A stretch of DNA of 64,000 nucleotides from Squalus acanthias (Eukaryota), in the NCBI GenBank assembly GCA_030390025.1, contig CM059448.1, positions 25,854,001 to 25,918,000 of the forward strand, written 5' to 3'. A program made the position numbers and the translations under genes. Shown in pieces: positions 50,282 through 62,612 of this stretch. Under the pieces are notes generated by a model, which did not search any database, was not told where the DNA came from, and saw only the letters and a program-made list of their open reading frames with translations. Within the stretch, counting starts at the first letter, position 1. Every line of letters begins with the position of its first letter.

Positions 50282-51935
50282 GTAATCACGGTCTGGCCAG
50301 TCTGCGGGGAACAGTTGGGTAACCAATTCACTGACTGAAGCAATTGCCAGCAAGTTAGCAAATGAAGCACAGTCTACTCCACCTAAGTGTACACATGAAA
50401 ACAAAGGTCCAAATTTGGTGCAGTTGGTTATATGGGACCTCTTGACTGTATAATAATAATTTAGCATTTAATGGCACAGTTCAGTGTAAATCTTTGCTCT
50501 CATTTAAATGCGTTAATCCTTGAATTGCTCATCAGTGGACACATCAACCACTGAGCTAGTTAAGCTGCGTTACACTGTGATGCCGTTACAAATATAAAAT
50601 GGCATTTTAAAAATCATTTTTTTCGTGTTGCAGTGTACATCAGAGCTCGTTTACAAGTTCACACGCCTGATCGATGTATAAATGATTGTATAAAATTGGT
50701 TATACTGTCACAGAATGCAGGATGCCAGTGATTCCATCAATTTGGTGTGCCCATATTTTCATTGGAAAGTGTGCAGGGGAAATCGTGGCGTGGGGAGGTG
50801 AAATAAATGGGATTAAGAATTTTGTGATTCGGATTGTAGGCTGCAGTGCCGTGAAGTGTCAGATGGTGGCACTGTTGAGCTCGTTAGGTTGTACAAACTC
50901 AGCAGTGTCACCAGCTGGTGGTCGTTGGTGCCTCAACTGTTCAGACAAACATTTCAAAACAACATTTAAAAGGGAAGGAAACGTCCGGGGGAGTGCCTTT
51001 TGGCTCAAAGTATTCCCTCTTTTTATATTAGAAAATAATGGCTGACGTTTTTAGCAAAATGATTGCTGGAATGGAAAGCCTAGAGTAGGTTCTCACTCCC
51101 GGCTGGGCCCGCTCCAGTGACATTCATTACAGGGAGCGTCCCCTGCAACCCAGAGTGGGGCCATTGCAACTGGCATAGGGTGCGACTTCAAGCAAGTCAA
51201 GTGCTCTGAAACCGAGGTCAGAAAACACATCAGAGTAGGGTTCCCAACTCTTACTGGCTGTAATCCTGGAGGTTTCATCACATGACCTCCTCCCGCCAAT
51301 TGCTCCTCCAATCACAGCGCAACACCAAGCCGTGCCAATTGGAAAGCGAACAGACTCTTGGTCACCCGAATGGATGATTCTTGACTGTCATTCATTACAA
51401 CCTCTTCTTTCCCTGGGTTGCTCCCAGCAGTGTCCTGGAGATTAATCTTCAATTCCTGGAGACTCCAAGACAGTCCTGGAGGGTTAGAAACCCTACACCA
51501 GAGCTGAGAAATGTGCAGGGTTAAAAGTCTCTGCGAGACTCTCAGGCCAGTTTGAAGTCACATCTCCCACAGTTTGCAGTGGAGCTGTTCCGGCCTAGGA
51601 GGAGGGGACACTGCACTTGAGCATCTCCATGGCAGCAAGAAAATTAATATTTTCAAAAATTTAAGGTGAGTTAATCCTTTTCCTCTTTTAAAAAAGATAG
51701 TGAGAGTACCTTGAATGAGTCATTCTCTTTAACTGCAATACCACTGAGGTGCCTGCTGGTGGCACTACTGAGCTTGCAGAACTCATTCCTCAGCAGCGCC
51801 ACCGCCAGGTATCTTTGTGGTTCTGTAGCTGTTTTTCAAATTGCCTTTCAAAATGCATTTAAGGAATTTCATAGGCCTAAATATAATAAAATATAATAAA
51901 ACAGGGGCCTGCTAAATCCTGTAAACTGATTTATC

Positions 51936-52345
51936 GGCCTAGAAATTCGAGGCGTAAAATGGGCACCAAAGCGTCCAATATGGTGGGCAGCGTGCGCCCG
52001 TGTTCTGAGCCTGAAGTCTGCCTCCCGCCAGATTAATAGAGACATCAAATGAGGCGTCTAGGGGCCCGCACCTGAAGCAGGTGTTCGCCCCTTTGCATAT
52101 GCAAATAAGGGGCCGAACGCCTGTTTTATGCCTCCTGCAGTAAATTGGTTTGCCCTGAGCGCCGGCTGCATTGAGGACAACCAGGTCGACATGTGGCCTC
52201 TCCAGCGCTGCTTAAAGGCTCTTTCGAGAGCCTCCCGGTTTAATGCGATTCCTCAGTAACATACCTTTTTCTCGCCTCACTGCACGGGCACTGTACCTGT
52301 GCAGACCACTTGCTCGTTGAATCAGAGGCGGGAAGTTTGGCAAAT
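51936..52345. mobile_element. GC-rich MITE-like repeat; right end uncertain
   Basis: Starts GGCCTAGAAATT, like the termini of 8642 and 58947, with a CpG-rich interior. Confidence 0.4.
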
Positions 52346-53276
52346 CTAGGCTAGACATTTTTCTTTTCGGGTTTCTGTAATTTGCGTTATTTAAATAGTG
52401 CTTTGGTGAGAAGGGCACAGAAACATTGGTGAGCTGTTAGTTGACGTCGCAAACAATACTCGTCTGTAAATCTAATTTTTATTTGAAAATGGTTTGAACT
52501 GTGTTGAAGGTGGGACTTTAAGAAGCGACAAATTAAGATGGGCCAAGTGGCCTTCCTTATCAGTAATTATCTTGTGTTCCTGTGTCGTTGTTTCAAGGTT
52601 ACAGGGCGTGGAACAGTAGAATGCCCAATTTATTCCAATAGATGTGCTAGTACCCTGTGGACTGGCACCAAATCTGTGTTAGCAGAAAAGAGTGAATGAG
52701 TTGAGTACTAATGAGATTAATAATTGAGTAAGATTGCTGGATAATCTAATCTGTTGGAAATCTAATTGTTTCAGAAGACTGGAGATATGCAGGAAAACCT
52801 AGTGCAACAGCCCAATATAGCGAGCTACCAACACACTGCACTTTACAGTGGTAGAGCATGGATTTGTACCTACATTTCCTTATCAGATAAGCTTTTGATT
52901 TTGGCCAAATGGACAAGCGAGATCCCCAAGCAGAAGCTTGGCGTTTCCTGCACAGAGGGAAGTGGAATGGGGATAGTCACCTCTGACAGCTCATGTGCTC
53001 CTTCTTGAGCTTGGCTCAGCAGTGGCATTCTGGGGCCCGAGATACCCGGTACATCCTCTTAGCTGGGGAAGATGTATGACATGGCTGAACCCTAAAGACA
53101 GGGAACAAAGAGAGAGCTTTAAATGAGGGGGGTAGGGAACATGCAGAAAGGAATTGAAGCAGCTGGACTTAAATGGGAAGCAGAAAGGAAACATCAGCAC
53201 AGCATAATAGTACTATGGCGGTTGGTGAATTGACAATTAGCATCTTCAACTTTAGCCCCGAAGAATAAATCGATCT

Positions 53277-53760
53277 CAACAACAACAGGTTAAATTTATA
53301 TAGTGCCTTAAACATAATAAAACGTGCCAAGGTGCTTCACAGGAGTGTTGTCAAAAAACACAAAAATTGACACCGAGCCACATAAGGAGATGTTAGGGCA
53401 GATGACCAAAAGCTTGGTCGAAGAGGTAGGTTTTAAGGAGCGCCTTAAAGGAGGAAAGAGAAGTAGATAGGCGGAGAGGTTTAGGGAGGGAATTCCAGAG
53501 CTTAGGACCTAGGCAACTGAAGGCACGGCCGCCAATGGTGGAGCATTTAAAATCGGGGATGTTCAAAAGTCCAGAATAGATGGAACGCAGAGGTCCAGGG
53601 GGATTATAGGCCTGGAGGAGATTACAGAGATAAGGAGGGGCGAGGCCATGGAGGGATTTGAAAACAAGGATTTAAAATCGAGGCGTTGCTTAACTGGGAG
53701 CCAATGTAGGTCAGTCAGCAAGCACAGGGGAGATGGGTGAACGATACTTGGTGCGAGTTT
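53277..53760 (-). mobile_element. L2-clade LINE 3' fragment with (GTT)n tail
   Basis: Reverse complement of the 39110-39612 family; LTDLHWLPVKQRLDFK. Confidence 0.9.
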
Positions 53761-54054
53761 ACACGGGTGATCTTCTACCTCAACTCCACTTTCCTGCACT
53801 ATCCCCATATCCCTTGATTCCTTAATATCCAAAAATCTATCATCTCTGTCTTGAATATACTCAATTGCTGCGCCTCTACAGCCCTCTGGGGTAGAGAATT
53901 CCAAAGTTTCACCACCCTCTGAGTGAAGAAATTTTTCCTCATCTCAGTCCTAAATGCCAACCCCTTATTCTGAGACTGTGACCCCCAGTTCCAGCCTCTC
54001 CAGTCAGGGGAATCATACTCCCAGCATCTACCCTGTCAGCATCTACCCTGTCTA

Positions 54055-55320
54055 TTGGAATTTTTTGAGGGAGTAACTGGTAAAATAGATGGGGGAGAGC
54101 CAGTAGATGTGGTGTACCTGGACTTCCAAAAGGCCTTCGATAAGGTCCCACATAAAAGATTAGCAGGGAAAATTGAAGCTCATGGGATAAAGGGGAAAGT
54201 ATTGACGTGGATAGAGAACTGGCTGTCAGATAGAAAGCAGAGAGTTGGAATAAACGGCTCATTTTCTGAATGGCAGGCAGTAACAAGTGGGGTACCGCAG
54301 GGATCTGTCCTGGGTCCCCAGCTGTTCACAATTTACATTAATGACCTGGATCAGGGAGTCGGATGCAGCATTTCCAAATTTGCAGACGACACTAAACTAG
54401 GAGGGGGGGGTGGGCTCAGAGGAGGAGACCAGGAAGCTCCAGAGCGATTTGGACAGACTGGGTGATTGGGCGGATAAATGGCAGATGCACTATAATGTGG
54501 ACAAGTGCGAAGTTATCCACCTTGGGTGTAGGAACGGGAGGGCAAATTATTATTTAAATGGCAATAAATTGGGAGAGGGGGAAGTACAGAGAGACCTGGG
54601 TGTTCTTGTACACCAGTCACTGAAGGCGAGCATGCAGGTGCAACAGGCGGTCAAGAAGGCAAACGGTATGCTGGCCTTCATAGCAAAAGGGTTGGAATAC
54701 AGGAACAGGGATACCTTGCTGCAGCTGTACAGGGCACTGGTGAGACCACACCTCGAGTACTGTGTACAGTTTTGGTCGCCTCATCTGAGGAAAGATGTTC
54801 TTGCCATGGAGGGGGTGCAGCGGCGATTCACCAGGCTGATACCAGGAATGGCGGGATTGACCTATGAGGAGAGACTATGTAGTTTAGGGATGTACACACT
54901 GGAGTTTAGAAGATTGAGAGGGGACCTCATAGAAGTGTATAAAATTCTGACAGGTCTAGACAGACTAGATGCAGAAGGAATGTTTCCCTTGGCGGGTGAG
55001 AACAGAACTAGAGGACATAATTTAAGGATAAGGGCTAAACCATTTAGGACAGAAATGAGGGGGAATTTCTTCACTCAGAGGGTGGTGAACCTGTGGAACT
55101 CATTGCCACAGAGGGCAGTGTACGCCAGCTCATTAAATATATTTAAGAGGGAATTAGATATATTTCTACAGGCAAAAGGGGTTAAGGGTTACGGAGAGAA
55201 GGCGGGGACGGGATACTGAATTGGAGGATCAGCCATGATCTCATTAAATGGCGGAGCAGGCTCGAAGGGCCGGATGGCCTACTCCTGCTCCTATCTTCTA
55301 TGTATCTATGTATCTATGTA
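54055..55320 (+). mobile_element. Young 5'-truncated CR1 LINE nested in an older CR1
   Basis: ORFs 54055..54465 and 54410..55219 form the RT and C-terminus, broken only at a G-run (~54403-54410). Tail TCTATGTATCTATGTATCTATGTA. Confidence 0.96.
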
Positions 55321-55462
55321 AGCCCTGCAAGAATTTCATATGTTTGAATGAGATCATCTTTCATTCTTCTAAATTCTAAGGAATATAGGCCTAGTCTCCT
55401 CAATCTGTCCTCATAGGAAAATCCCCCCCCCATCCCAGGAATCAGTCTGGTGAACCTTCGTT

Positions 55463-55600
55463 AAGAGCATAAGAAATAGGAGCAGGAGTAGGCCATACGG
55501 CCCTTCGAGCCTGCTCTGCCATTCAATAAGACCATGATCTTTGACCTCAACTCCACTTTTTGCCTGAACCCCATATCCCTTGATTCCCCCAGAGTCAAAA
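55463..55600 (-). mobile_element. Short CR1 3' UTR insertion nested in an older CR1
   Basis: AAGAGCATAAGAAATAGGAGCAGGAGTAGGCCAT..., flanked by TT on both sides. Confidence 0.85.
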
Positions 55601-55938
55601 TTGCACTCCCTCTGAGGCAAGTATATCCTTCCTTGGGTAAGGAGACCAAGAATGTACACAGTACTCCAGGTGTAGTCTCACCAAGGTCCTATATAATTGC
55701 AGTAAGACTTCTTCACACTCATTCGCTTCTTTACTCTTAACAACAGCAACTGCACTTTAAATGTAATCTATTAGTTGTAAACAGAGCAAAGGATGGCAAC
55801 GGATGGCCAAGGAGCTCCCTAGGGAGCTGCCAGCACAGGAGCCATCTTGTACTCAATCACATCCCGTCACAGGCCCAGGATAACGGCCGCCATCTTGATT
55901 CAGTTGTGAAGTGGTTTGGGACGTCCTCAGGAAATAAG

Positions 55939-56518
55939 GGGGGCGATTTTAAAGTAGCGCTCGAAACAAGTTTGAAGTCCGCTTGCCCTGCCTGGTCGTG
56001 CTGACGTGAGAGCCGGGCCTCGTTGGCATCCTGCCGGCGAGCCGCGGGCACCAAGTGGGCACAACGCTGCTGCTTGCCTTTTCTGAGAGGACGAGAAATC
56101 GAACATCTCCCATGCTGAGCCTTCCGGCAGACCAGGTCTGGGGGAGGGATGGTGGGGCGGTGCGGTCTTCCTAGGATAGGCCAGCAGCAGGCTGGAGGTT
56201 TCTTTCGTGGGATTGGGGGTGGGGGAAGTGGTTGAAAGGTGGAGCAAGAGTGCTCCTCCTTGGCTCACCAAAAGAGATTGCAAGTTTCCTGGGCCGTTTT
56301 GTGAGCGGCCTCCAGGATTCACTTTAAAGATAAGCATATCTATCGGTTTCCTGTCTGTTTGTGGCGGGCGGCCTGATCTCCCATTTACAGGCTCGCCTGA
56401 ATATTGCATCAGGAGGACCTTGGGCGCTGAGGGGGCGACCGAGAGGCTCGCCTGCTCCCCCCCGGATTTTCAATTACTGGCTGATCCTTTTTCAAGTGAG
56501 AAATTGAAAATCACTCCC
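55939..56518. mobile_element. GC-rich MITE-like element
   Basis: Inverted termini GGGGGCGATTTT / AAAATCACTCCC. Confidence 0.6.
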
Positions 56519-56959
56519 AAAAACATGCTGTATAATTCAAGTCTTTCTTGCGTGTAGTTTTAGGGTCACATGTTAACCTGTTTGATATAAGAAATAAAGT
56601 GATTTTGAAATCACGTGAGCCACATTTTAAAGATTTAATCAAAATGAGTCCATTCACAACCGTGGCTGTATGATCCAGCCCAGCTCCAACCCCGCTGAGC
56701 CCAGTTCACATGTTAGGAAGTCCCAGATTCGGCACTGTTGTGTATATGATATTGCACATATCCAACTGCACTCTTGGGGAGGAAAGAAATTCAGTGTTTT
56801 ACAGTTCCAGAGTGGTTTGCCTGTATAAATCGCCAGTCTTGTGAAGTTAGGTGGGAAGAGGTTCGTGTGGAGCATAAACACTGGCACAGACCTGTTGGGC
56901 AGAATGGCCTGTTTCTGTGCTGTTAATTCTATGTCATTCTATGGAAGCAGCAGCTCGCT

Positions 56960-57165
56960 GCAGTTATTCCAGATGGTGGGATTCTCCAGAACCCAGGGGA
57001 TAATTGACGACACCCATTTGGCTCTGCAGGATCCGACCCACAATTCCGCCATCTTCATGAGCCACAAGGGGGTGCCTGAACATGCAGCTTGCCTGTGAGC
57101 ATCATGCATGGAATAACGCAGGTCAGTGCACGCTCCCTCGGCAGCAGCCTCAATGATTTACCGTG
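56960..57165 (+). pseudogene. PIF/Harbinger (HARBI1-like) DDE transposase relic
   Basis: GFSRTQGIIDDTHLALQDP..SAIFMSHKG, then after frameshifts LNMQLACEH..ITQVSARSLGS. This resembles GFPxxxGAIDCTHxxI...NRKGxHSLNVQLVCD...ARxPGSxHD. Confidence 0.7.
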
Positions 57166-58251
57166 GAAAATATCCACAGCGCCTCCTTCGTTTGATTCTG
57201 GCTGAAGAATGTAAGATTGGCCGCTGTGCTTTGAAGCCATGGTTCACGGCTGCTCTCGGACAATCATGAACACCAGTGGAGTGCAGGTTACCGGGATTAA
57301 AACAGAAATCACCGTCGGCATCCTAGTAAAGGTCAGTGTTTGTCCTCCGATACTGTCAAGCAAATGTCTTCCATTGCTGCGCAGCTTTGCCATTTGAGAA
57401 GACAGCAGCATGAAGCAGATGAAGAAGGAGGACAACCAGCCAGTGGGTGCGCAGGAAGAGCCAGATAATAATGCCTGTATAAGCACCTTTGTGGACTGCT
57501 AGAGCCATATACAAGGCTCTCGTTGTTGAAGTCTTCATCCAGTACATCAGCAGCCAGCTCTACATCTTCGCCAGGCTGTGTCCAGTCTACCCTCACCTAT
57601 ATGACCAATTGCTGCAAATAAACTCTCATGGATTCTATTGCTTCCTTCTATTCAGCATCATGCCAAGAACACTCTCAAAACCAGCACTGCCGAAAACGCA
57701 AACATTGCGATCAATCTCTGGAAATCTCAGTTGAACCAAATCAGGTGACTTTGGGCTGTGTTGCACCTAATTTCTGGAGCAACAAACGACACCAGAGCAT
57801 TATTCACATAAATTCACAAAACTCGCATGAGGCAGTCTTTTGCATGGGGGGACCGGGCTATGTAAATGAGTGGCAGAGGGTTTTGGCAGATGTATCTTGG
57901 AAGCGACGCAAATGATCGCGGAAATTTGCACGTAGCGATGTTTCAGTGTAAATTTGGCGTAAATCAGTTGTGAGCAAATTTCCTTGGAGAAAAAGGTGCA
58001 ACTCTACTCTTAAGGCAAAACTTTCCAGGAAATTCCGTTTCACAGTATCTAGAAGTCTAGCTCGCTCCATCCTATACACAGTGTCTAGGAGCCTGTATCT
58101 GGAAGTCTACCAATCTCTGCCCTGCAGCAATCCATATCACATCCTGTGCCAGTTCAGTTCTGGGTGGTTCATATGCCTTCCACATAAGACCTTCTGACTA
58201 TTTTATCATATACTAGGAAGTTCGAGCAGTTTCTGAAGGTCAAGAGTCAAA

Positions 58252-58947
58252 GGGGGAGAAATTGAGTATCGCCCTGTTTGGGGCGCAAACTTTTGAAAGC
58301 TGGAAAAATTAGCGCCAGCCTCTAATGATTCTCAGCTTTCTCTAAATTCAGTGTTAGCGCTTCAGGAAGGAAGTGGAGCGCTAAATCAAGTCCTCCACTT
58401 CCTTCCTGGAGCGCTGAAGGACGCAGGCGGGGCGGTCGTGGTGCAGCGCTGCCGAGATCCGAGGCTCCTTCCCTCCCTTAAAGGGAAGGGCTATCTCTGC
58501 AGGCTCTGCAGTTAGCTGGGCCCCGATCCAGCCCGATCAGCCCAGCAGAGTACCGGGCTGATCGATCGCAGCTGAAGCAAAATGGAAAAAATTGAAATAA
58601 TGCATTGCAACAATTTTTATACTTACTGCGCCAACATCCCCTTTAACTTGCGCCCCCGAAGCGCCCGGCCTCCCGAACAGCGCCTCCTGCAGCTGTCGGT
58701 GTTGTCACCCGGCGATGCTGCAGGGGGCGGAACCGAAGTTCGGGTCCGGGCCGATGCGCAGGACAATGACGTCACGTTCTCCAGGCGCAGGAGATCATGG
58801 CGTAATGTGATACCACCAGCGCAAACCTCTAGGCCAATTTAGCGGGAGTCATTCATTTCACCGCGCCCGGTCGCTAAGTTGTTAGCGCCCTGTTATCGCC
58901 CCCTGGAGGCACTAACGGGAGGTGCTAAGGAGGCCAATTTCTAGCCC
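58252..58947. mobile_element. GC-rich MITE, probable PIF/Harbinger-type
   Basis: TIRs GGGGGAGAAATTG / CAATTTCTAGCCC with AAA on both flanks (possible 3-bp TSD). Related to 8642-9302. Confidence 0.7.
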
Positions 58948-59638
58948 AAAGTGTTTGTCTCCTTCATCGCTCAGTTACAAGAATTGATCTCCTTTAACAT
59001 CCTTTTGTTCCAATCAGTTCCTGCTGACTTGTTCAGTATTTTTGTTGAAACTGTAAATATTGATGACATCATTGGGAGGAGCTCTTGAGCTTGACTGAGG
59101 GGGGAGGGTTCCTCTCTGATCTATGGAAATTAGAATCAGGCTGGTGATTTTGTAACACAGTGCACAGAGGAAATCTTTCCACAGTGTGAGGGAGCCCTTT
59201 CAAATGAAGGGATCGCTGCATGTGTTTGGACTCATGGTTGGAGTTCCACATTGCACCAAGTTCCTCCCAGCTGTTCATCCAATGCCATGATTAATATCCA
59301 CCATTTAAAATGTTATTTCTTAATGGAGAGGAGAAAGGAAATTGATATTAAATTAGTCCAAATTCTATGAAGTGTTTCATGTTTTTGGGGTGTGCCAATG
59401 GTGAAATTTCCCCTTTAAAAGCAGCTTGAACAAAATCTGGTCTCTATCTCAACCTGACTTCATTAGCACTGATTTACTTCTGACCCTGAGTGGCCATTCT
59501 AACTTCCTGTTATATGAATTTAGTTAAGTCTAGGGATTATTTTTAATTACAATTACAACCACTTAAAGATTTTTTTTTTAATTAAATGATTTTGATCGAA
59601 GGTGTAACTGGTGGACACATATTGGTTTGTTTTTTTAG

Positions 59639-59722
59639 AGCCATTTAATAGACCAAGTGGTTTGACTGGTCTGAGATCCTTAAGTAACAGCGCCTTTGGT
59701 GGACTGGGGAACCCTTCAATCA
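59639..59722 (+). CDS. AUTS2: AUTS2 exon 17-equivalent (84 nt, phase 1-1)
   Basis: tttttttag| (E)[28 protein letters not shown]|gtgagt. Confidence 0.95.
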
Positions 59723-59929
59723 GTGAGTATTTCTGTCCTTTGGGTTCTTTGTATGACTCTCTCATGTTTTACTTTGAGAAGTGATACTTTGGCTGATACT
59801 CGGACAGGACTGAGCCGTTACTGTGAGTTGTAGCATAGCCAGGACTGTTTAGCCATGAAACTAAAGCCAAATCCATGCTGGTGAACTAAAATTGAATAAA
59901 ACGATGCTCTCGAGTTTAAGTCATTAGAT

Positions 59930-60650
59930 TAGATTACATCTGTGTGTGTTACACTTATCTGAATTACATCTGTGTGGATCACACCTGTGTATATTACAAT
60001 CTAGCTGTGTCACGTCTCTGTGTAATACCATTCTGTATGATCCTTGTCCATTACACCTGTCTGTGTGTGTCACACCTGTGTATATTACCCCATCTGTGTC
60101 ACACCTGTGTATATTACCCCATCTGTGTCACACCTGTGTATATTACCCCATCTGTGTCACACCTGTGTATATTACCCCATCTGTGTCACACCTGTGTATA
60201 TTACCCCATCTCTGTCACACCTGTGTATATCTTACCTCTGTATCATACCTGTGTATAGGATACCTATCTGTTTTGCACCTGTGCATATTACACATATCTG
60301 TTGCACTTATGTTTATTACTCCTATGTGTATTACACCTGTGTATATTACACCTCTCTCTGGCATACCTGTGTGTATTTGTATTACGCTTGTGTGTATCAC
60401 ACCTGTGTACATTACACCTCTATTATGCTTGTAACATACTTGCGTATACTGGTGTCAAACCTGTGTGCATCATACCTGTGTTTATTACACCTATCTTTAT
60501 CAACCGGTTTACTGTATCAGGGTATCGCACCTATCTGTATTACAGTATCCCTTCTATATGTTTCATAGTATCACAGCTACATGTAGCAGAACTGTTTTAC
60601 ACCAATCTGTATGGTAGTATTACACTTAGTTGTATCGCACCTGTGTGTAT
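59930..60650. repeat. 29-bp minisatellite with degenerate flanks
   Basis: Unit GTCACACCTGTGTATATTACCCCATCTGT; five near-perfect copies at 60069, 60098, 60127, 60156 and 60185. Confidence 0.95.
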
Positions 60651-61466
60651 AATCTCATAACCTTATTGTTTTATGACTCAAGCTGGGTCTCCATGCGTGC
60701 AGACTACACTGTCGTACCTTGCCCAAGTTGCCATTCATCACGTGCGAGCCAAGGCATTGAATGTCAGCAGGCTATTGGACCCATTGGTCTGTGGTTCAGT
60801 TCCACAATAGGGTGTGCATTTTCCACATAAAGCATTAGAGGAGCTCCAACGTATGACATCTCTGACTGACTTCACAACAGAAACTCTGATTTAAGTAGAT
60901 GAATGCCCCCGAGGTTCCGAGCTGTCATAGGGTGTTCAGTCAACCCGTGCTCTTCATCCATGCCCATGATCTTGTGCCTGTAGCGTGTATGACGTCACTT
61001 GCCCCACAGCAGCACTAGTGTACATTGGCAGTTCTTCATTTATTGGATCTCATTTCTATGACAATTTAAAAAAAAATTCCACTGTTTATTATGTTTTAGA
61101 GACGCACGCTGTTATGGATTTCTTGCAACTATCAACTTTTGCTTTCCTTTGCTGCTTTATATAATCTTATTCTTTTTGATAGGTTGTCATTACGTATTGC
61201 CATTTTGGTAATGTCTGCGAGGACTGAGTTGTCTACATCCATGTGCCCTCGAGTCTGTAGAAGGTTCAAATTGACTATTAATAAAGAGGAACCTTAGGGG
61301 ATTGCACTGACTCACTGTGTAGTTCCAGGAGTGGTAGAGTTTGAGTTTAGATTCATTTCAGTGACTCGTCGCACACTGATGTCCTGATCTAAACTATCCC
61401 ATGTTACAACGCTCCCAACACTTGAGTCCTGTGATTTGCAAAAGTTCTTTTTTTTCTTGTAATTTA

Positions 61467-61895
61467 CATAAGAACATAAGAATTAGGAGCAGGAGTGGGC
61501 CATACGGCCCCTCGAGCCTGCTCCGCCATTCAATAAGATCATGGCTGATCTTCGACCTCAACTCCACTTTCCCGCCCACTCCCCATAATTCCTTGATTCC
61601 CTTAAAGTCCAAAAATCTATCGATCTCATCCTTGAATATACTCATTGACTGAGCATCCACAGCCCTCTGGGGTAGAGAATTCCAAAGATTCACAACCATC
61701 TGAATGAAGACATTTCTCCTCATCTCAGTCTTAAATGGCCGACCCCTTATCCTGAGACTATGCCCCCCTAGTTCTGGACTCTCCAGCCGGGGAAACAGCC
61801 TCTCGGCATCTACCCTGTCAAGCCCTCTCAGAATCTTATATGTTTCAATGAGATCACCTTCATTCTTCTAAACTCCAGAGAGTATAGTCTCATTC
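61467..61895 (-). mobile_element. CR1 LINE 3' fragment
   Basis: Tail CATAAGAACATAAGAA; MRRNVFIQMVVNLWNSLPQRAV. Confidence 0.92.
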
Positions 61896-62319
61896 TACCC
61901 ATGGAAAATGTAAACGTACAGTTAGATTTCCTGACTGAGCCGTGAATATTAAAAGAACGCCAGCAAAACGTGCGCTTATGAATGAATTGTTGTGTCGATA
62001 ACACTGGAGTTGTCTCGTAAGAAATCAGTGAATCAGTAATTTGGTGCCGCTATCTGCATCTCTTAGCAACTGGATTTAGAGCCACAATGCTCGGGACCTG
62101 ACATCTGGTCTCCAGCCTGTCCTCTGCACTGTCAATTTCTGGTGGAAAATGATACATTACAGTAGAGAAAGAAAAGAAAATCCAAATTTAAAAAAAAATG
62201 GAGTTTAAAGCCTCATTAAACACTCTCCATGCTAGTGGCAGAGACCTGGTTCACTGCAGTTGTAGCGTCAATATAATGGTGGTAATGAGTGTTTAGTGGT
62301 GACGGTGAGATTATTGCTA

Positions 62320-62612
62320 GAGCAGAGAAAAGAAGAAAAACAGTTCAGAAAATCACCGGGAGAGTAAGCTGAAAAAGATAGGGAAACAGCAAGACAGATA
62401 AAGAGAAAAGATTGTATGGAGGACAATGTCGAGAAGCAATAATAAAGGTAAATAACAGTCCTGGAAACAGGGATAGAAGGACAGTAAAAGCAAATGAGGA
62501 ACAGCGCTGGATACAGAAAAAGAGACAAATGTTAAAGTGAAAGCTCCTGAAAGATACAGAAAAAAAGAGACGGGGGATCAAAATGAAGAAGGAAAGAGAT
62601 CAAGAAAAAGAT
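62320..62612. repeat. AG-rich low-complexity tract
   Basis: Strong purine bias on the + strand. Confidence 0.75.

Larger units (their letters stand above)
53765..55715 (-). mobile_element. Older CR1 fragment split by two later CR1 insertions (pieces 53765-54054, 55321-55462, 55601-55715)
   Basis: Removing the inserts rejoins CATCTACCCTGTC/AGCCCT and GAACCTTCGTT/GCACTCCCTCT, contiguous as in the CR1 copies at 61467 and 24241. Confidence 0.85.

Noticed and set aside
60069-60240. Regular 29-bp repeats superficially like a CRISPR array, and the Cys/His-rich ORFs 59944-60660
   Set aside because: Units are head-to-tail with no unique spacers, the context is a vertebrate intron with no cas genes, and the ORFs are repeat translations.
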